From Nanobdellota archaeon (GTDB taxonomy: Archaea > Nanobdellota > Nanobdellia > Pacearchaeales > GW2011-AR1): a stretch of DNA of 64,000 nt. How positions within the stretch are numbered: the stretch's first letter is position 1; each line of letters opens with the position of its first letter. Under the pieces are notes generated by a model that was not told where the DNA came from, ran no database searches, and saw only the letters and a list, made by a program, of their open reading frames with translations. Location of the stretch: NCBI GenBank assembly GCA_024654565.1, contig JANLHM010000006.1, positions 64,694 through 128,693 on the forward strand, given 5' to 3'. The position numbers and the translations under genes are program-made. Of the stretch, positions 25,069-33,592 are shown in pieces.

Positions 25069-26111
25069 ACAACGAACTTAAACTTCATGCATTGAAAGCG
25101 GTTTATACTTATTTTTTTCCCGAAGTAAGAGAAATTTCAAAACTTCCTTCAAAAATTGATTCAAGTCTTTTTTTAACAACAACTAGTGTCGAAGAAGCTA
25201 AAAAAGGAATTGATAAACTTGGATTTGATAAGTCACTAACCCTTCCCCAAACTTCTGAAGGTAAAATTGATCTTGACCTCCTACATGAACCAGTAATAAA
25301 GAGAATTTCAAAAATTTATTCAGAAGTACTTAGAGGGATTTCAGAATTTAAACACAGTTATTTTACTTCTGGTTCAAGTGAAGGAATTTTTCATGTTCTT
25401 TCAGAATTAAAGGCTCGTGGTGTAAATGAAATCTACACTCTTTCAGGAGAGTATGAGGGTTACAAGGAATATGGGAATGCCATTGGAATAAAAACAACTG
25501 AAATAAACCTTGACAAAACAAAATTAAATTCACTTGATAAAAAAGTTTGGTTTATTTCAAACCCTTCTGCAAGGGACGGAAACACCATTTCAAATGAAGT
25601 GATAAACGAAATATGTGACAATGCAAGTGAAGTCTTTTTAGATTTTGCATATGCCGGGTTAACAAAAGAAAATATGTTTGACATTAGTCACAAAAATATA
25701 AAGGGTTTCTTTTTGTCTTTTAGTAAACCCTATGGTTTTTTTAGATTTAGGGCGGGTTTTGCATTTTCAAAAGAGGAATTAAAATCTCTTTATGGAAATA
25801 AATGGTTTAAAGACATCGGAAGGGTTTTAACTTCATTAAAACTTGCTGAAGACATTGGTCCAAATTTCTTTCACAAAAAGTATGGAAAACTGCAAAGTGA
25901 AATTGTTAACAGTATAAACAAGAAATATAGCCTTAAACTAAAGAAAAGTGATTCATTACTTATTGCCTACATGAGTTCCTTAGATTTTATGACTCTTTCT
26001 CCAGAGGGCAAAAATTTAGTTAGTCCATATAAAAGGGGGGAGAGCTATAGGTTTTGCCTCACTCCCTATTTTGAGAAAATTGAAAAGGGAGAGCCTTTAT
26101 TTCTAGAATGA
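25065..26111 (+). CDS. PLP-dependent aminotransferase class I/II-fold enzyme (HisC/CobD-like)
   Basis: ISNPSARDGNTIS (compare NPnNPTG), LDFAYAG (compare DEAY) and LSFSKPYGFFRFRAGFAFS (compare SFSK.fGlaGlR.Gy with the PLP lysine). Confidence 0.6.
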   Translation: MNNELKLHALKAVYTYFFPEVREISKLPSKIDSSLFLTTTSVEEAKKGIDKLGFDKSLTLPQTSEGKIDLDLLHEPVIKRISKIYSEVLRGISEFKHSYFTSGSSEGIFHVLSELKARGVNEIYTLSGEYEGYKEYGNAIGIKTTEINLDKTKLNSLDKKVWFISNPSARDGNTISNEVINEICDNASEVFLDFAYAGLTKENMFDISHKNIKGFFLSFSKPYGFFRFRAGFAFSKEELKSLYGNKWFKDIGRVLTSLKLAEDIGPNFFHKKYGKLQSEIVNSINKKYSLKLKKSDSLLIAYMSSLDFMTLSPEGKNLVSPYKRGESYRFCLTPYFEKIEKGEPLFLE

Positions 26112-26689
26112 AAATTGCACTTTTTGGGGGAAGTTTTAATCCCATTCACAATCTCCATATAAAAATTGCAAATGAAATTATTAGTCGCAACCTTGTAGAC
26201 GAAGTTTGGTTTATTCCATGTGGAAGTCACCCTTTTCTAAAAAGCCTTATTAACGGGAAAGACAGAATTAAAATGATAAAACTTGCAATAAAAGGAAACC
26301 CCAAGTTTAAGGTTCTTGACATTGAGATAAAGGATGTTAGTGTAGATTCAAAAAATAAAAGCTATACTTCTGAAACTATTAAAAAAATAAAAAAAAGTTT
26401 TCCAAATGATGAATTTTATTTTGTTATTGGGTCAGACTTGGTTGGAAACTTGGCCAAGTGGAATGACTTTTCTTATTTGTCAGAGAACGTTGAGTTTATT
26501 GTTGTACAGAGGGGCGAGTTTAATTTATATAACCTTCAAAAAATAAAAGTAAAGTCTTTTATTGAAATGAAAGAAACCCTTTCTTCGACATATGTTCGTT
26601 CGAAAGCAGTTTTAGGTGAGTCTATTTATGAACTTGTTCCGGAGCCCGTTTCAAAATACATAAAAATGGAGGGGTTGTATCAAAACTAA
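26108..26689 (+). CDS. nadD: Nicotinate-nucleotide adenylyltransferase (bacterial NadD type)
   Basis: FGGSFNPIHNLH (GxFxPxHxxH) and C-terminal SSTYVRS (ISSTxxR). Confidence 0.85.
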   Translation: MKIALFGGSFNPIHNLHIKIANEIISRNLVDEVWFIPCGSHPFLKSLINGKDRIKMIKLAIKGNPKFKVLDIEIKDVSVDSKNKSYTSETIKKIKKSFPNDEFYFVIGSDLVGNLAKWNDFSYLSENVEFIVVQRGEFNLYNLQKIKVKSFIEMKETLSSTYVRSKAVLGESIYELVPEPVSKYIKMEGLYQN

Positions 26690-26690
26690 A

Positions 26691-27230
26691 ATGGGGGAAG
26701 TAAGAAAAGGTGATGAAGTGGTTTATCGGGGTCACTTAACCCTTGTAAAGAGACCTTATTTGGGAAAGGATTTTGATGTTGTTGTCTCTAAAGATGCTAC
26801 AATTATGCTCTACATTGATGAAGAGGACAACACTTACTTAACAAAACAGTATAGGCCTGCAATGGAAGAAGAAGTTGTTGCTCTTCCAGCTGAAACTCTT
26901 GACAAAGAGGGATTAAGTCCCCTTGAAGTTATGGTTGAGGGTCTAGAAGAAGAGTGCGGAATAAGAATAAACCCTTCACAGGTTAAATACATCGGAAAGA
27001 TTGATTCAACTGACGGGCATGACACAGAAAAAGTTCATTTGTTTATTGCTTATGGCGAAGGCAATCATGTTTCCCAAAGACTTGAAGACTCTGAAAAGAT
27101 TGAAGTGGTAAAAATGTCATTTGAAGAGTTATATCAAAAAGTTATGAAAAATGAGATTTTTGGAGCTAAAACTTCTTACCTAGTTATGTATGAAAAATTA
27201 AGGAGGCTTGAAGAAAATGGGAAAAATTAA
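26691..27230 (+). CDS. Nudix-fold protein, ADP-ribose pyrophosphatase-like with non-canonical Nudix box
   Basis: LPAETLDKEGLSPLEVMVEGLEEECGI aligns with NudF PAGKLEKGEEPEYTALRELEEETGY, but the RE pair is replaced by EG. Confidence 0.5.
   Translation: MGEVRKGDEVVYRGHLTLVKRPYLGKDFDVVVSKDATIMLYIDEEDNTYLTKQYRPAMEEEVVALPAETLDKEGLSPLEVMVEGLEEECGIRINPSQVKYIGKIDSTDGHDTEKVHLFIAYGEGNHVSQRLEDSEKIEVVKMSFEELYQKVMKNEIFGAKTSYLVMYEKLRRLEENGKN
27201..27206 (+). promoter_or_regulatory. Shine-Dalgarno-like AGGAGG, 10 nt upstream of the pnuC ATG
   Basis: aggaggcttgaagaaaATG. Similar GGAGG elements precede the starts at 24193 and 25065. Confidence 0.45.
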
Positions 27231-27909
27231 AGATTACCTTAAAGATTGGAATTGGTTTGAGAGAATATGGCTTTTAACATTCACCATTGTAAATATATAT
27301 CTTTTTTTTGCATGGCAAGATACAATTGTTGGACTTACCGCTTCAATAACGGGAATGATTTGTGTCGTTCTAACTGCAAAAGCAAAAATAAGTAGTTTTT
27401 ATTTTGGTTTTGTAAACATATTAACTTACTCTTATGTTGCTTATCAAAGTTCATATTACGGGGATGTTATGCTCAATATGCTTTATTTTCTTCCTATGAC
27501 TTTTGTAGGAATATATTTTTGGAAGAAGAATCAGAAATTAGGAAAGACTGGAGAAGTAAAGGTGAGAAGCCTTGACTGGAGAAAGAGATTTTTGTGGTTC
27601 TCCCTTTCAATTGTTGCTCTGGTTTTATATGGGGGGATATTAACTTTGATTAAAGGGACTCTTCCTTTTGTTGACTCTGCAACAACGGTTTTTTCAGTCA
27701 TTGCAACTATAATGCTTAATAAGAGGTTGACCGAGCAGTGGTTTTATTGGATACTTGTTGACATTCTTTCAATTGTTATGTGGGTCTATATCTTTTTTAC
27801 GCAGGGCTCAGACATTAGTATACTTGTTATGTGGTCGGCTTTCCTTGTAAATGCTGTTTATGGATTATATAACTGGAAAAAGATGGAGAAGAAACAAAAT
27901 GGAAAATGA
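27217..27909 (+). CDS. pnuC: Nicotinamide riboside transporter PnuC
   Basis: Multi-TM protein with WFERIWLLTF...TAKAKISSFYFGFVN...GDVMLNMLYF...FWKK, typical of PnuC. The ATG at 27217 is preferred over the TTG at 27208. Confidence 0.8.
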   Translation: MGKIKDYLKDWNWFERIWLLTFTIVNIYLFFAWQDTIVGLTASITGMICVVLTAKAKISSFYFGFVNILTYSYVAYQSSYYGDVMLNMLYFLPMTFVGIYFWKKNQKLGKTGEVKVRSLDWRKRFLWFSLSIVALVLYGGILTLIKGTLPFVDSATTVFSVIATIMLNKRLTEQWFYWILVDILSIVMWVYIFFTQGSDISILVMWSAFLVNAVYGLYNWKKMEKKQNGK

Positions 27910-28939
27910 ATTAAAAGTTTCAAAAAAGAAAACTGTTGGTTTTATAGGAGGCAAATTTTTACCATTTCACCTTGGTCATGCGTATGTGATTTTATCTGCA
28001 TCAAATTATGTTGATACCCTTTATGTTGTACTTTCCTCTTCAAAAAAAAGAGATAGGGAAATATGTGAAAGGGATGGAATAAAGTATATTCCTGCCAAAG
28101 TCAGGCTTTCCTGGCTTGGAGAATTTCTAAACAACCTTGAAAACATAAAAATAATACATGTAGAGGATGATTATTGGGATAGTGATTACAATTGGGAAGA
28201 AGGTGCTAGAATGATAAAAGAAGCAATAGGAGAACCAATTGATTACGTTTTTAGTTCTGAAACAAGTTATAATGAACTTTTTAAAAAAAATTATCCTTCT
28301 GCAAAGCACATAATAATTGATGACAAAAGAAAGACTGTGGCAATTTCTGCTACAGATATGAGAAAAAATCTTTATTCTAACTGGGATAAAATCCCAAACT
28401 GTGTAAAATCTTATTTTACCAAGAAAGTTGCGATAGTGGGGACAGAAAGTTGTGGTAAGACGACCCTTGCAAAAAAACTTGCAAAATTTTACAATACAAA
28501 TTATGTTCATGAAGTTGGCCGGAATTATTGTATAAATTATTCAAATCAACTAACTCCAGAGATGTTCAATTTGATTGCAATGGAGAACTATCTTCTTCAG
28601 ATTGAGAAAGCTAAAGAAAGTAATAAGGTTCTTTTTATTGACAGTGAAGCGACAATAACACAATATTACCTTGATTTGTATTTTAATGGAAACAGTTCAG
28701 AATTAATTGATAAAATAGCAAGTCTTCAAAAGTATGACCTTGTTCTTTTTCTTGAACCAGATGTAGAATGGGTTCCTGATGGTTTGAGATTCTCGGGAAA
28801 AGATGAAGAAAGAAAGGAAAACAATAAAAAATTGAAAAAAATGTTTATTAATAGGGGAATTTCTTTTGTGACTATTGGCGGAGATTATTCTGAGAGATTT
28901 AATAAATCAAGGGAGATGGTTGATTTATTGTTTAAATAA
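27899..28939 (+). CDS. nadR: NadR-like bifunctional NMN adenylyltransferase / ribosylnicotinamide kinase (no HTH domain)
   Basis: GFIGGKFLPFHLGHAYVI (nucleotidyltransferase HxGH) and VAIVGTESCGKTTLAKKLA (P-loop kinase). Internal ATG chosen (MENELK). Confidence 0.8.
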   Translation: MENELKVSKKKTVGFIGGKFLPFHLGHAYVILSASNYVDTLYVVLSSSKKRDREICERDGIKYIPAKVRLSWLGEFLNNLENIKIIHVEDDYWDSDYNWEEGARMIKEAIGEPIDYVFSSETSYNELFKKNYPSAKHIIIDDKRKTVAISATDMRKNLYSNWDKIPNCVKSYFTKKVAIVGTESCGKTTLAKKLAKFYNTNYVHEVGRNYCINYSNQLTPEMFNLIAMENYLLQIEKAKESNKVLFIDSEATITQYYLDLYFNGNSSELIDKIASLQKYDLVLFLEPDVEWVPDGLRFSGKDEERKENNKKLKKMFINRGISFVTIGGDYSERFNKSREMVDLLFK

Positions 28940-28940
28940 A

Positions 28941-29714
28941 ATGTTCAAAAAAATAACTCTTTTACTGAAGAAAGACTGCGAAATTGAAGCAAAAGCTTTT
29001 GAAGAAGTTCATAAGACTTTTATAGATTCCATTGTAAAAATTATTTCATTTGATAACTTAAAAAAAGAAGACCTTTTGGATTCTGACCTTGTTATTACAA
29101 TTGGGGGAGACGGGACTTTTGTAAAGGCAGGAAATTTGATAGAGGATTCTTTAATAATCGGGATAAATTCTAACCCCCAAACTAGTGAAGGCGCTTTGAC
29201 TGAAATAAATATAGATGAACTTCAAAAACTTAGTGAAATTTCAAAAGGAAATTTTGAAATTCTAAAGAGAGACCGTGCAAGAGTTAGGCTTAATGGGATG
29301 GTTATTGATGAACATGCAATAAATGAAGTTTATGTTGGAGCCTTTTCTCAGTTTCACAGTTCAAGGTATATAATAAAATTTAATGATAATGAAGAGGAAC
29401 ACAGAAGTTCTGGGGTTATTGTTTCAACAGCGACTGGTTCACCTGCATGGTTTTATTCGGCGGGTGGAGAGAAGTTTAATCATTCAGAAGAGAAACTTTC
29501 CTTTATTGTTAGGGAACCATATTATGGGGAAAGAATTTTTGTTCCTAAAATTTTAAAGGGAGATTTGCACCGAGGAGAAAGGTTAATTTTAAAGTCAAAG
29601 AGAGATTCTGGGGGGATACTCGCAATAAATGAGGCAACTTATCCATTTAATGAAGGGGATATTGTTGAAATTGAACTTTCAGAGAAACCTCTCAAAGTTG
29701 TGAAATTGAAATGA
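28941..29714 (+). CDS. nadK: NAD kinase
   Basis: DLVITIGGDGTF (GGDG), NEVYV and STATGSPAW. Internal ATG chosen (MFKKITLL). Confidence 0.85.
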   Translation: MFKKITLLLKKDCEIEAKAFEEVHKTFIDSIVKIISFDNLKKEDLLDSDLVITIGGDGTFVKAGNLIEDSLIIGINSNPQTSEGALTEINIDELQKLSEISKGNFEILKRDRARVRLNGMVIDEHAINEVYVGAFSQFHSSRYIIKFNDNEEEHRSSGVIVSTATGSPAWFYSAGGEKFNHSEEKLSFIVREPYYGERIFVPKILKGDLHRGERLILKSKRDSGGILAINEATYPFNEGDIVEIELSEKPLKVVKLK

Positions 29715-30151
29715 AATTAGTAAGATGTCCTGAAATTTATGAAGGAAATAAAAAATCATTGTTTCTTGCGGGAGGAATAAGTAATTGTCCTGATTGGCAG
29801 AAAGAACTAATTAATCTTCTTAGAGAAACCGATTTGGTTTTATTGGACCCGAGAAGAGAAAAGTTTGAGAGGAATAACAAAGAAATGGAAGAAGAACAAA
29901 TAAAATGGGAATTTGAACACTTGAATAAATCAGAATCTTTTTCTTTCTGGTTTCCAAAAGAAACCGTGTGCCCGATTACCCTTTATGAATTGGGTAAGGA
30001 AAGTGCCTCGAATAAACGAATATTTGTGGGAGTTCATCCCGAATATTCTAGGAGAAGGGATGTTGAAATACAAACTAAATTAATAAGACCTGAAGTAAAA
30101 ATTGTTTATTCTTTGGGGGAACTGGCAAAGGAAATAAAGAAAGGATTATAA
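29711..30151 (+). CDS. Nucleoside 2-deoxyribosyltransferase-like (PF15891-like) protein
   Basis: SLFLAGGISNCPDWQ, LLDPRR, QIKWEFEHL and PITLYELG fit the pattern of this family. Confidence 0.55.
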   Translation: MKLVRCPEIYEGNKKSLFLAGGISNCPDWQKELINLLRETDLVLLDPRREKFERNNKEMEEEQIKWEFEHLNKSESFSFWFPKETVCPITLYELGKESASNKRIFVGVHPEYSRRRDVEIQTKLIRPEVKIVYSLGELAKEIKKGL

Positions 30152-30182
30152 AAGTTTAAAACTGGGGTGCTTTAGAAATAAT

Positions 30183-30965
30183 ATGGATTTTGGCAAAAAA
30201 TTAAATTTTTCAAAGGAAAGTTGGAACTATTTTGTTGGAGAAATTTGGAAAAAGATTTTTGAAGAAATTAATTTGAATAAGGATGGGGTTTTAATCGAAG
30301 TTGCTCCAGGAAGTGCAAACAAAATTGGTCATGGATTAAAAAATTATGGTTTTGAAGGGAAACTTTTTTTAGTAGAACCAAATTTAAAGTCTTTAACTAC
30401 AATCACAAAAGAGTATAGAATTATTTTACACGCAGATATAATCCCCATTTATGCCAGTTTAAAAGAATCTATCCCCCTTATTCCTTTTGGGACTGATGCA
30501 GTAGTCTCAAATCACCCTTTGGATGACATGATAATCTCTAAATCACTTTCTAGGAATTCTTTTGATGACTTTTTTGATAATCATTATGACGGGGCTTCTT
30601 TTAATAAAACCAGAAATTTTTGGGAAAGGCTTGAAAACAATCCAAATTTGGAAAAATATAAAGAAGAAGTTTTAGATGACTGGAGTGAATTTATTAATCT
30701 TACAAATCCAAAATTTTTAGCAATCTCTCAATATGAAAGTTTTTTCTTCAAATCACATGGATTTTCTTCTCCCGATAAATATGCTTTTCAGGTTTTTGAA
30801 AATTTAATTTTTAAATATGGCCCTTCCAACAACTATTTTTTGGAAGATTATGTTGAAGATGTGGGAAAATGGCTTATCTCAAAAAATCCTGCCAAAGAAA
30901 GTTTTAAATATTCATGTCCATCCAAAAATACAGATGTGAAAACTTCGGATTTATTGCTGGAGTGA
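30183..30965 (+). CDS. Rossmann-fold (methyltransferase-like) protein of unknown function
   Basis: VLIEVAPGSANKIG, LFLVEPN and VVSNHPLDD resemble class I MTase motifs I, II and IV, but are not diagnostic. Confidence 0.35.
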   Translation: MDFGKKLNFSKESWNYFVGEIWKKIFEEINLNKDGVLIEVAPGSANKIGHGLKNYGFEGKLFLVEPNLKSLTTITKEYRIILHADIIPIYASLKESIPLIPFGTDAVVSNHPLDDMIISKSLSRNSFDDFFDNHYDGASFNKTRNFWERLENNPNLEKYKEEVLDDWSEFINLTNPKFLAISQYESFFFKSHGFSSPDKYAFQVFENLIFKYGPSNNYFLEDYVEDVGKWLISKNPAKESFKYSCPSKNTDVKTSDLLLE

Positions 30966-30976
30966 AAAAAAGTAAA

Positions 30977-32020
30977 ATGAAAACATTAATTAACGGTGCT
31001 GGGGGAAGGATAGGAAAGGCAGTGACTTATGAACATAGTAAGGTCCCTTCTCGAGAACTTGAGCTTGTTCTATTGAATGAACCAAGAGGAATTGATTATG
31101 TTGTTGAAGAGTATAATAATCGAGACCCAGTTCATGGATTATATGATTGGGACGTTCACAAATTAAGCCCGGATTCACTAATCTTGAATGGGAAAGTTGT
31201 TTATTTTTTCGCTGAAAAAGATATCTCTAAAATCCCCATAAAAGACTTGGAAATTGAAATGGTTTTAGAGTGTTCAGGGTTTTATGGAGATTCAAAAGAA
31301 GATAGCTTAATACCTGTAAACAAATCAAAAATATTTTTAGATTATGGTGCTAAAAAAGTTGTTCAGACATATCCCTCAAAAACTGCGGACATTTCTATTA
31401 TTATGGGAGTTAACCACAGTTCATATAATGCTAAAATTCACAATATAATTTCAAATGCGTCATGCACAACAAAAGCTCTTGCAATGCCTTTACAAGTGCT
31501 ACTTGATAATGGAATAAATATTGAGGCATTGTCGATGGACACTACTCATGCTGCGACTGCAAGTCAGGGAATACTTGAATCTTTAGGTCAGATAATGACT
31601 CATTCAACCGGCGCTGCAAAGGCAACAGGGCAGGTCATTTCAAGTTTAGAAGGAAAAATGGTCGGGATGTCTTACAGGGTTCCAACTCTTGACGGAAGTT
31701 TTGCAAATCTTTATTTTGTTGCAACTTCTGACGAAGAATTAACTGCTAACAAAATAAACGACTTAATTGCGAGTAGTGTTGAAAATCCAAAATATGCCGG
31801 AAGAATTGGAATTCATGGGGGGAAAGATGCCGGAACTTTTGACATTGTTGGAAGAGATAAAAATAGTGTTGTTATAACTTCTAAAACAAATGTTATCCAA
31901 TTGCCTTTTGCACCGCAAGGGAAAAAAGCAAGTTTAGTTACTTTAATTTCAGGTTATGACAATGAATTAGGTTCTTCAGTAGATCCTGTTTTACTTGCAA
32001 GATATATTTCTAAAAAGTAA
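30977..32020 (+). CDS. Type I (bacterial/eukaryotic-type) glyceraldehyde-3-phosphate dehydrogenase family protein, divergent
   Basis: INGAGGRIGK, SNASCTTKALA (catalytic Cys), TTHAATASQ, STGAAKATG, YRVPTLDGS and GYDNELGSS parallel GapA motifs. ATG at 30977 chosen. Confidence 0.7.
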   Translation: MKTLINGAGGRIGKAVTYEHSKVPSRELELVLLNEPRGIDYVVEEYNNRDPVHGLYDWDVHKLSPDSLILNGKVVYFFAEKDISKIPIKDLEIEMVLECSGFYGDSKEDSLIPVNKSKIFLDYGAKKVVQTYPSKTADISIIMGVNHSSYNAKIHNIISNASCTTKALAMPLQVLLDNGINIEALSMDTTHAATASQGILESLGQIMTHSTGAAKATGQVISSLEGKMVGMSYRVPTLDGSFANLYFVATSDEELTANKINDLIASSVENPKYAGRIGIHGGKDAGTFDIVGRDKNSVVITSKTNVIQLPFAPQGKKASLVTLISGYDNELGSSVDPVLLARYISKK

Positions 32021-32039
32021 ATAAAGAAGGATGCAAGTT

Positions 32040-33542
32040 TTAGTTAAATTTTGGTTTTTCACCTGCTAAAATTATATTGGTGTCAGGGTAATCTAAAACT
32101 AAAAGTTCACCTTTTTCTTTTTTGTATATCTTTGCCTTTCCCTTATACATTTTTTCTATGATGTATTCGCTTTTGAAGGACTTGGAACCCGGAACAATTT
32201 CAAAACCTACTTTTTTTATCTCATCTTTCCACTTTGATAAACTCCAAAATCCAAATTCTTCGTTCATCTCACTTTTCCAGTTGTCAGTGTAATTCATTTT
32301 ACTTATAAATTCATAGGCGTCTTGTATTGAGAGTTCAATAAAAGTTTTTCCTAAAAATTTTACCTCTTCAAATTCAATTTTTCTTCTTTTAAAGTCTTTT
32401 ACAAATTTGTAAAATTTTGCCTTTGTTGACAATATGTGAACGTCGCCCGAATCTTTTCCATCCTTCTCATTTAATTCAAGAAAAACTTTTTCTTTTGGGT
32501 TTTCGGGTCCGACCACATCTCTAATTACAATTCTCCCTCCTGGTAGGAGCTCTTTAAAAGTGTTTTTTATAACTTTTTTTAAAGAGTCTTCACTTATGTA
32601 AGAATATATTTCATGTAGGACTGAGGAATATATGAATGTGTTCACCGTGTTCTCTTTAAAGTTTTGGTCAAGAATGTTTTTTCTGTAAAAATAAACAAAT
32701 GGGTTTGGGTATTCCTGGAGTTTACAATATTCATAAAACTTTCTTGTTGCTTCAATTCCAATGATGTCAGACTCTTCAAAGTTTTTTGATAGGTGCCAGA
32801 TTAGAGCTCCCGTCCCACATCCTGCATCCACAATTTTTCCTGGGACAACAAAAGGAGCGATGTCATTAAACTTAAACTGGATATTTTGGTCCATCCCTCG
32901 CGCGTAACTGTTGTAATCTCTTGTTTCTGTCAAATTTGCATCTTCATTTATTAATGAATCTTTAAAAACCTCGATTATGGAGTCTCCAAGATTGTATTCA
33001 AGGTAAATTTCCTCAGTTGACTTTGAAGTGTATTTTTTCCAATTTTTGTCAGTTCTCCATTTTTTCCCTGCTTTCACAAGGAGGTTTAATATTTCATATG
33101 GTCTTAAAGTAGAATATTTTTCTTCCTTTTCTCCAGGGATTAATTCATTTGTTATAACTTGGAAGCCCATTTTTTTGAACATCTTTATAACTGACGGTGT
33201 GGAAGAGGCAATTAGAGTGTTTTTGGGTGTTAACTTTTCTCCTCCAAGGTATTCAATTCTGTGTATTATATATTCCGCAAATTTTTTAGTTTCTTTGACG
33301 TCAGAAATTGGATAAATTTTTGTTTCGCAGTTTATGTTCTTTGAAAACTTTTCTATTGCAAGTGCTCTTAAATATAGAGGTACGGGGTTTCTTCTTGTGT
33401 TTTCATGGTCGCTTGAAGTTATTGCAAAGATTATCCTCTCAACCTTTTTACCCTCAATTCCCTTCTTAACCAAATTTTTTATATAATCATGCAGAAATTC
33501 CGAAAGTAAATGGTGTCTTCCCGGTATAAGGACATTTAGCAT
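32040..33542 (-). CDS. Fusion protein: NadM-like nucleotidyltransferase-fold N-domain + class I SAM methyltransferase C-domain
   Basis: The N-domain (IPGRHHLLSEFLH...IIFAITSSDHENTRRNPVPLYLRALAI...IYPISDV...MFKKMGFQVI) parallels archaeal NMNAT (GRFQPFHKGH...IGIGSAQ.S.T..NPFTA.ER..M...iPI.Di...lF...Gy.V). The HxGH motif is not conserved. The C-domain has VDAGCGTGAL. Confidence 0.5.
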   Translation of the reverse strand: MLNVLIPGRHHLLSEFLHDYIKNLVKKGIEGKKVERIIFAITSSDHENTRRNPVPLYLRALAIEKFSKNINCETKIYPISDVKETKKFAEYIIHRIEYLGGEKLTPKNTLIASSTPSVIKMFKKMGFQVITNELIPGEKEEKYSTLRPYEILNLLVKAGKKWRTDKNWKKYTSKSTEEIYLEYNLGDSIIEVFKDSLINEDANLTETRDYNSYARGMDQNIQFKFNDIAPFVVPGKIVDAGCGTGALIWHLSKNFEESDIIGIEATRKFYEYCKLQEYPNPFVYFYRKNILDQNFKENTVNTFIYSSVLHEIYSYISEDSLKKVIKNTFKELLPGGRIVIRDVVGPENPKEKVFLELNEKDGKDSGDVHILSTKAKFYKFVKDFKRRKIEFEEVKFLGKTFIELSIQDAYEFISKMNYTDNWKSEMNEEFGFWSLSKWKDEIKKVGFEIVPGSKSFKSEYIIEKMYKGKAKIYKKEKGELLVLDYPDTNIILAGEKPKFN

Positions 33543-33592
33543 TACTAGTCGAAATTATAAATCTTTAAATATCTTATTGTATTAAAGACATT

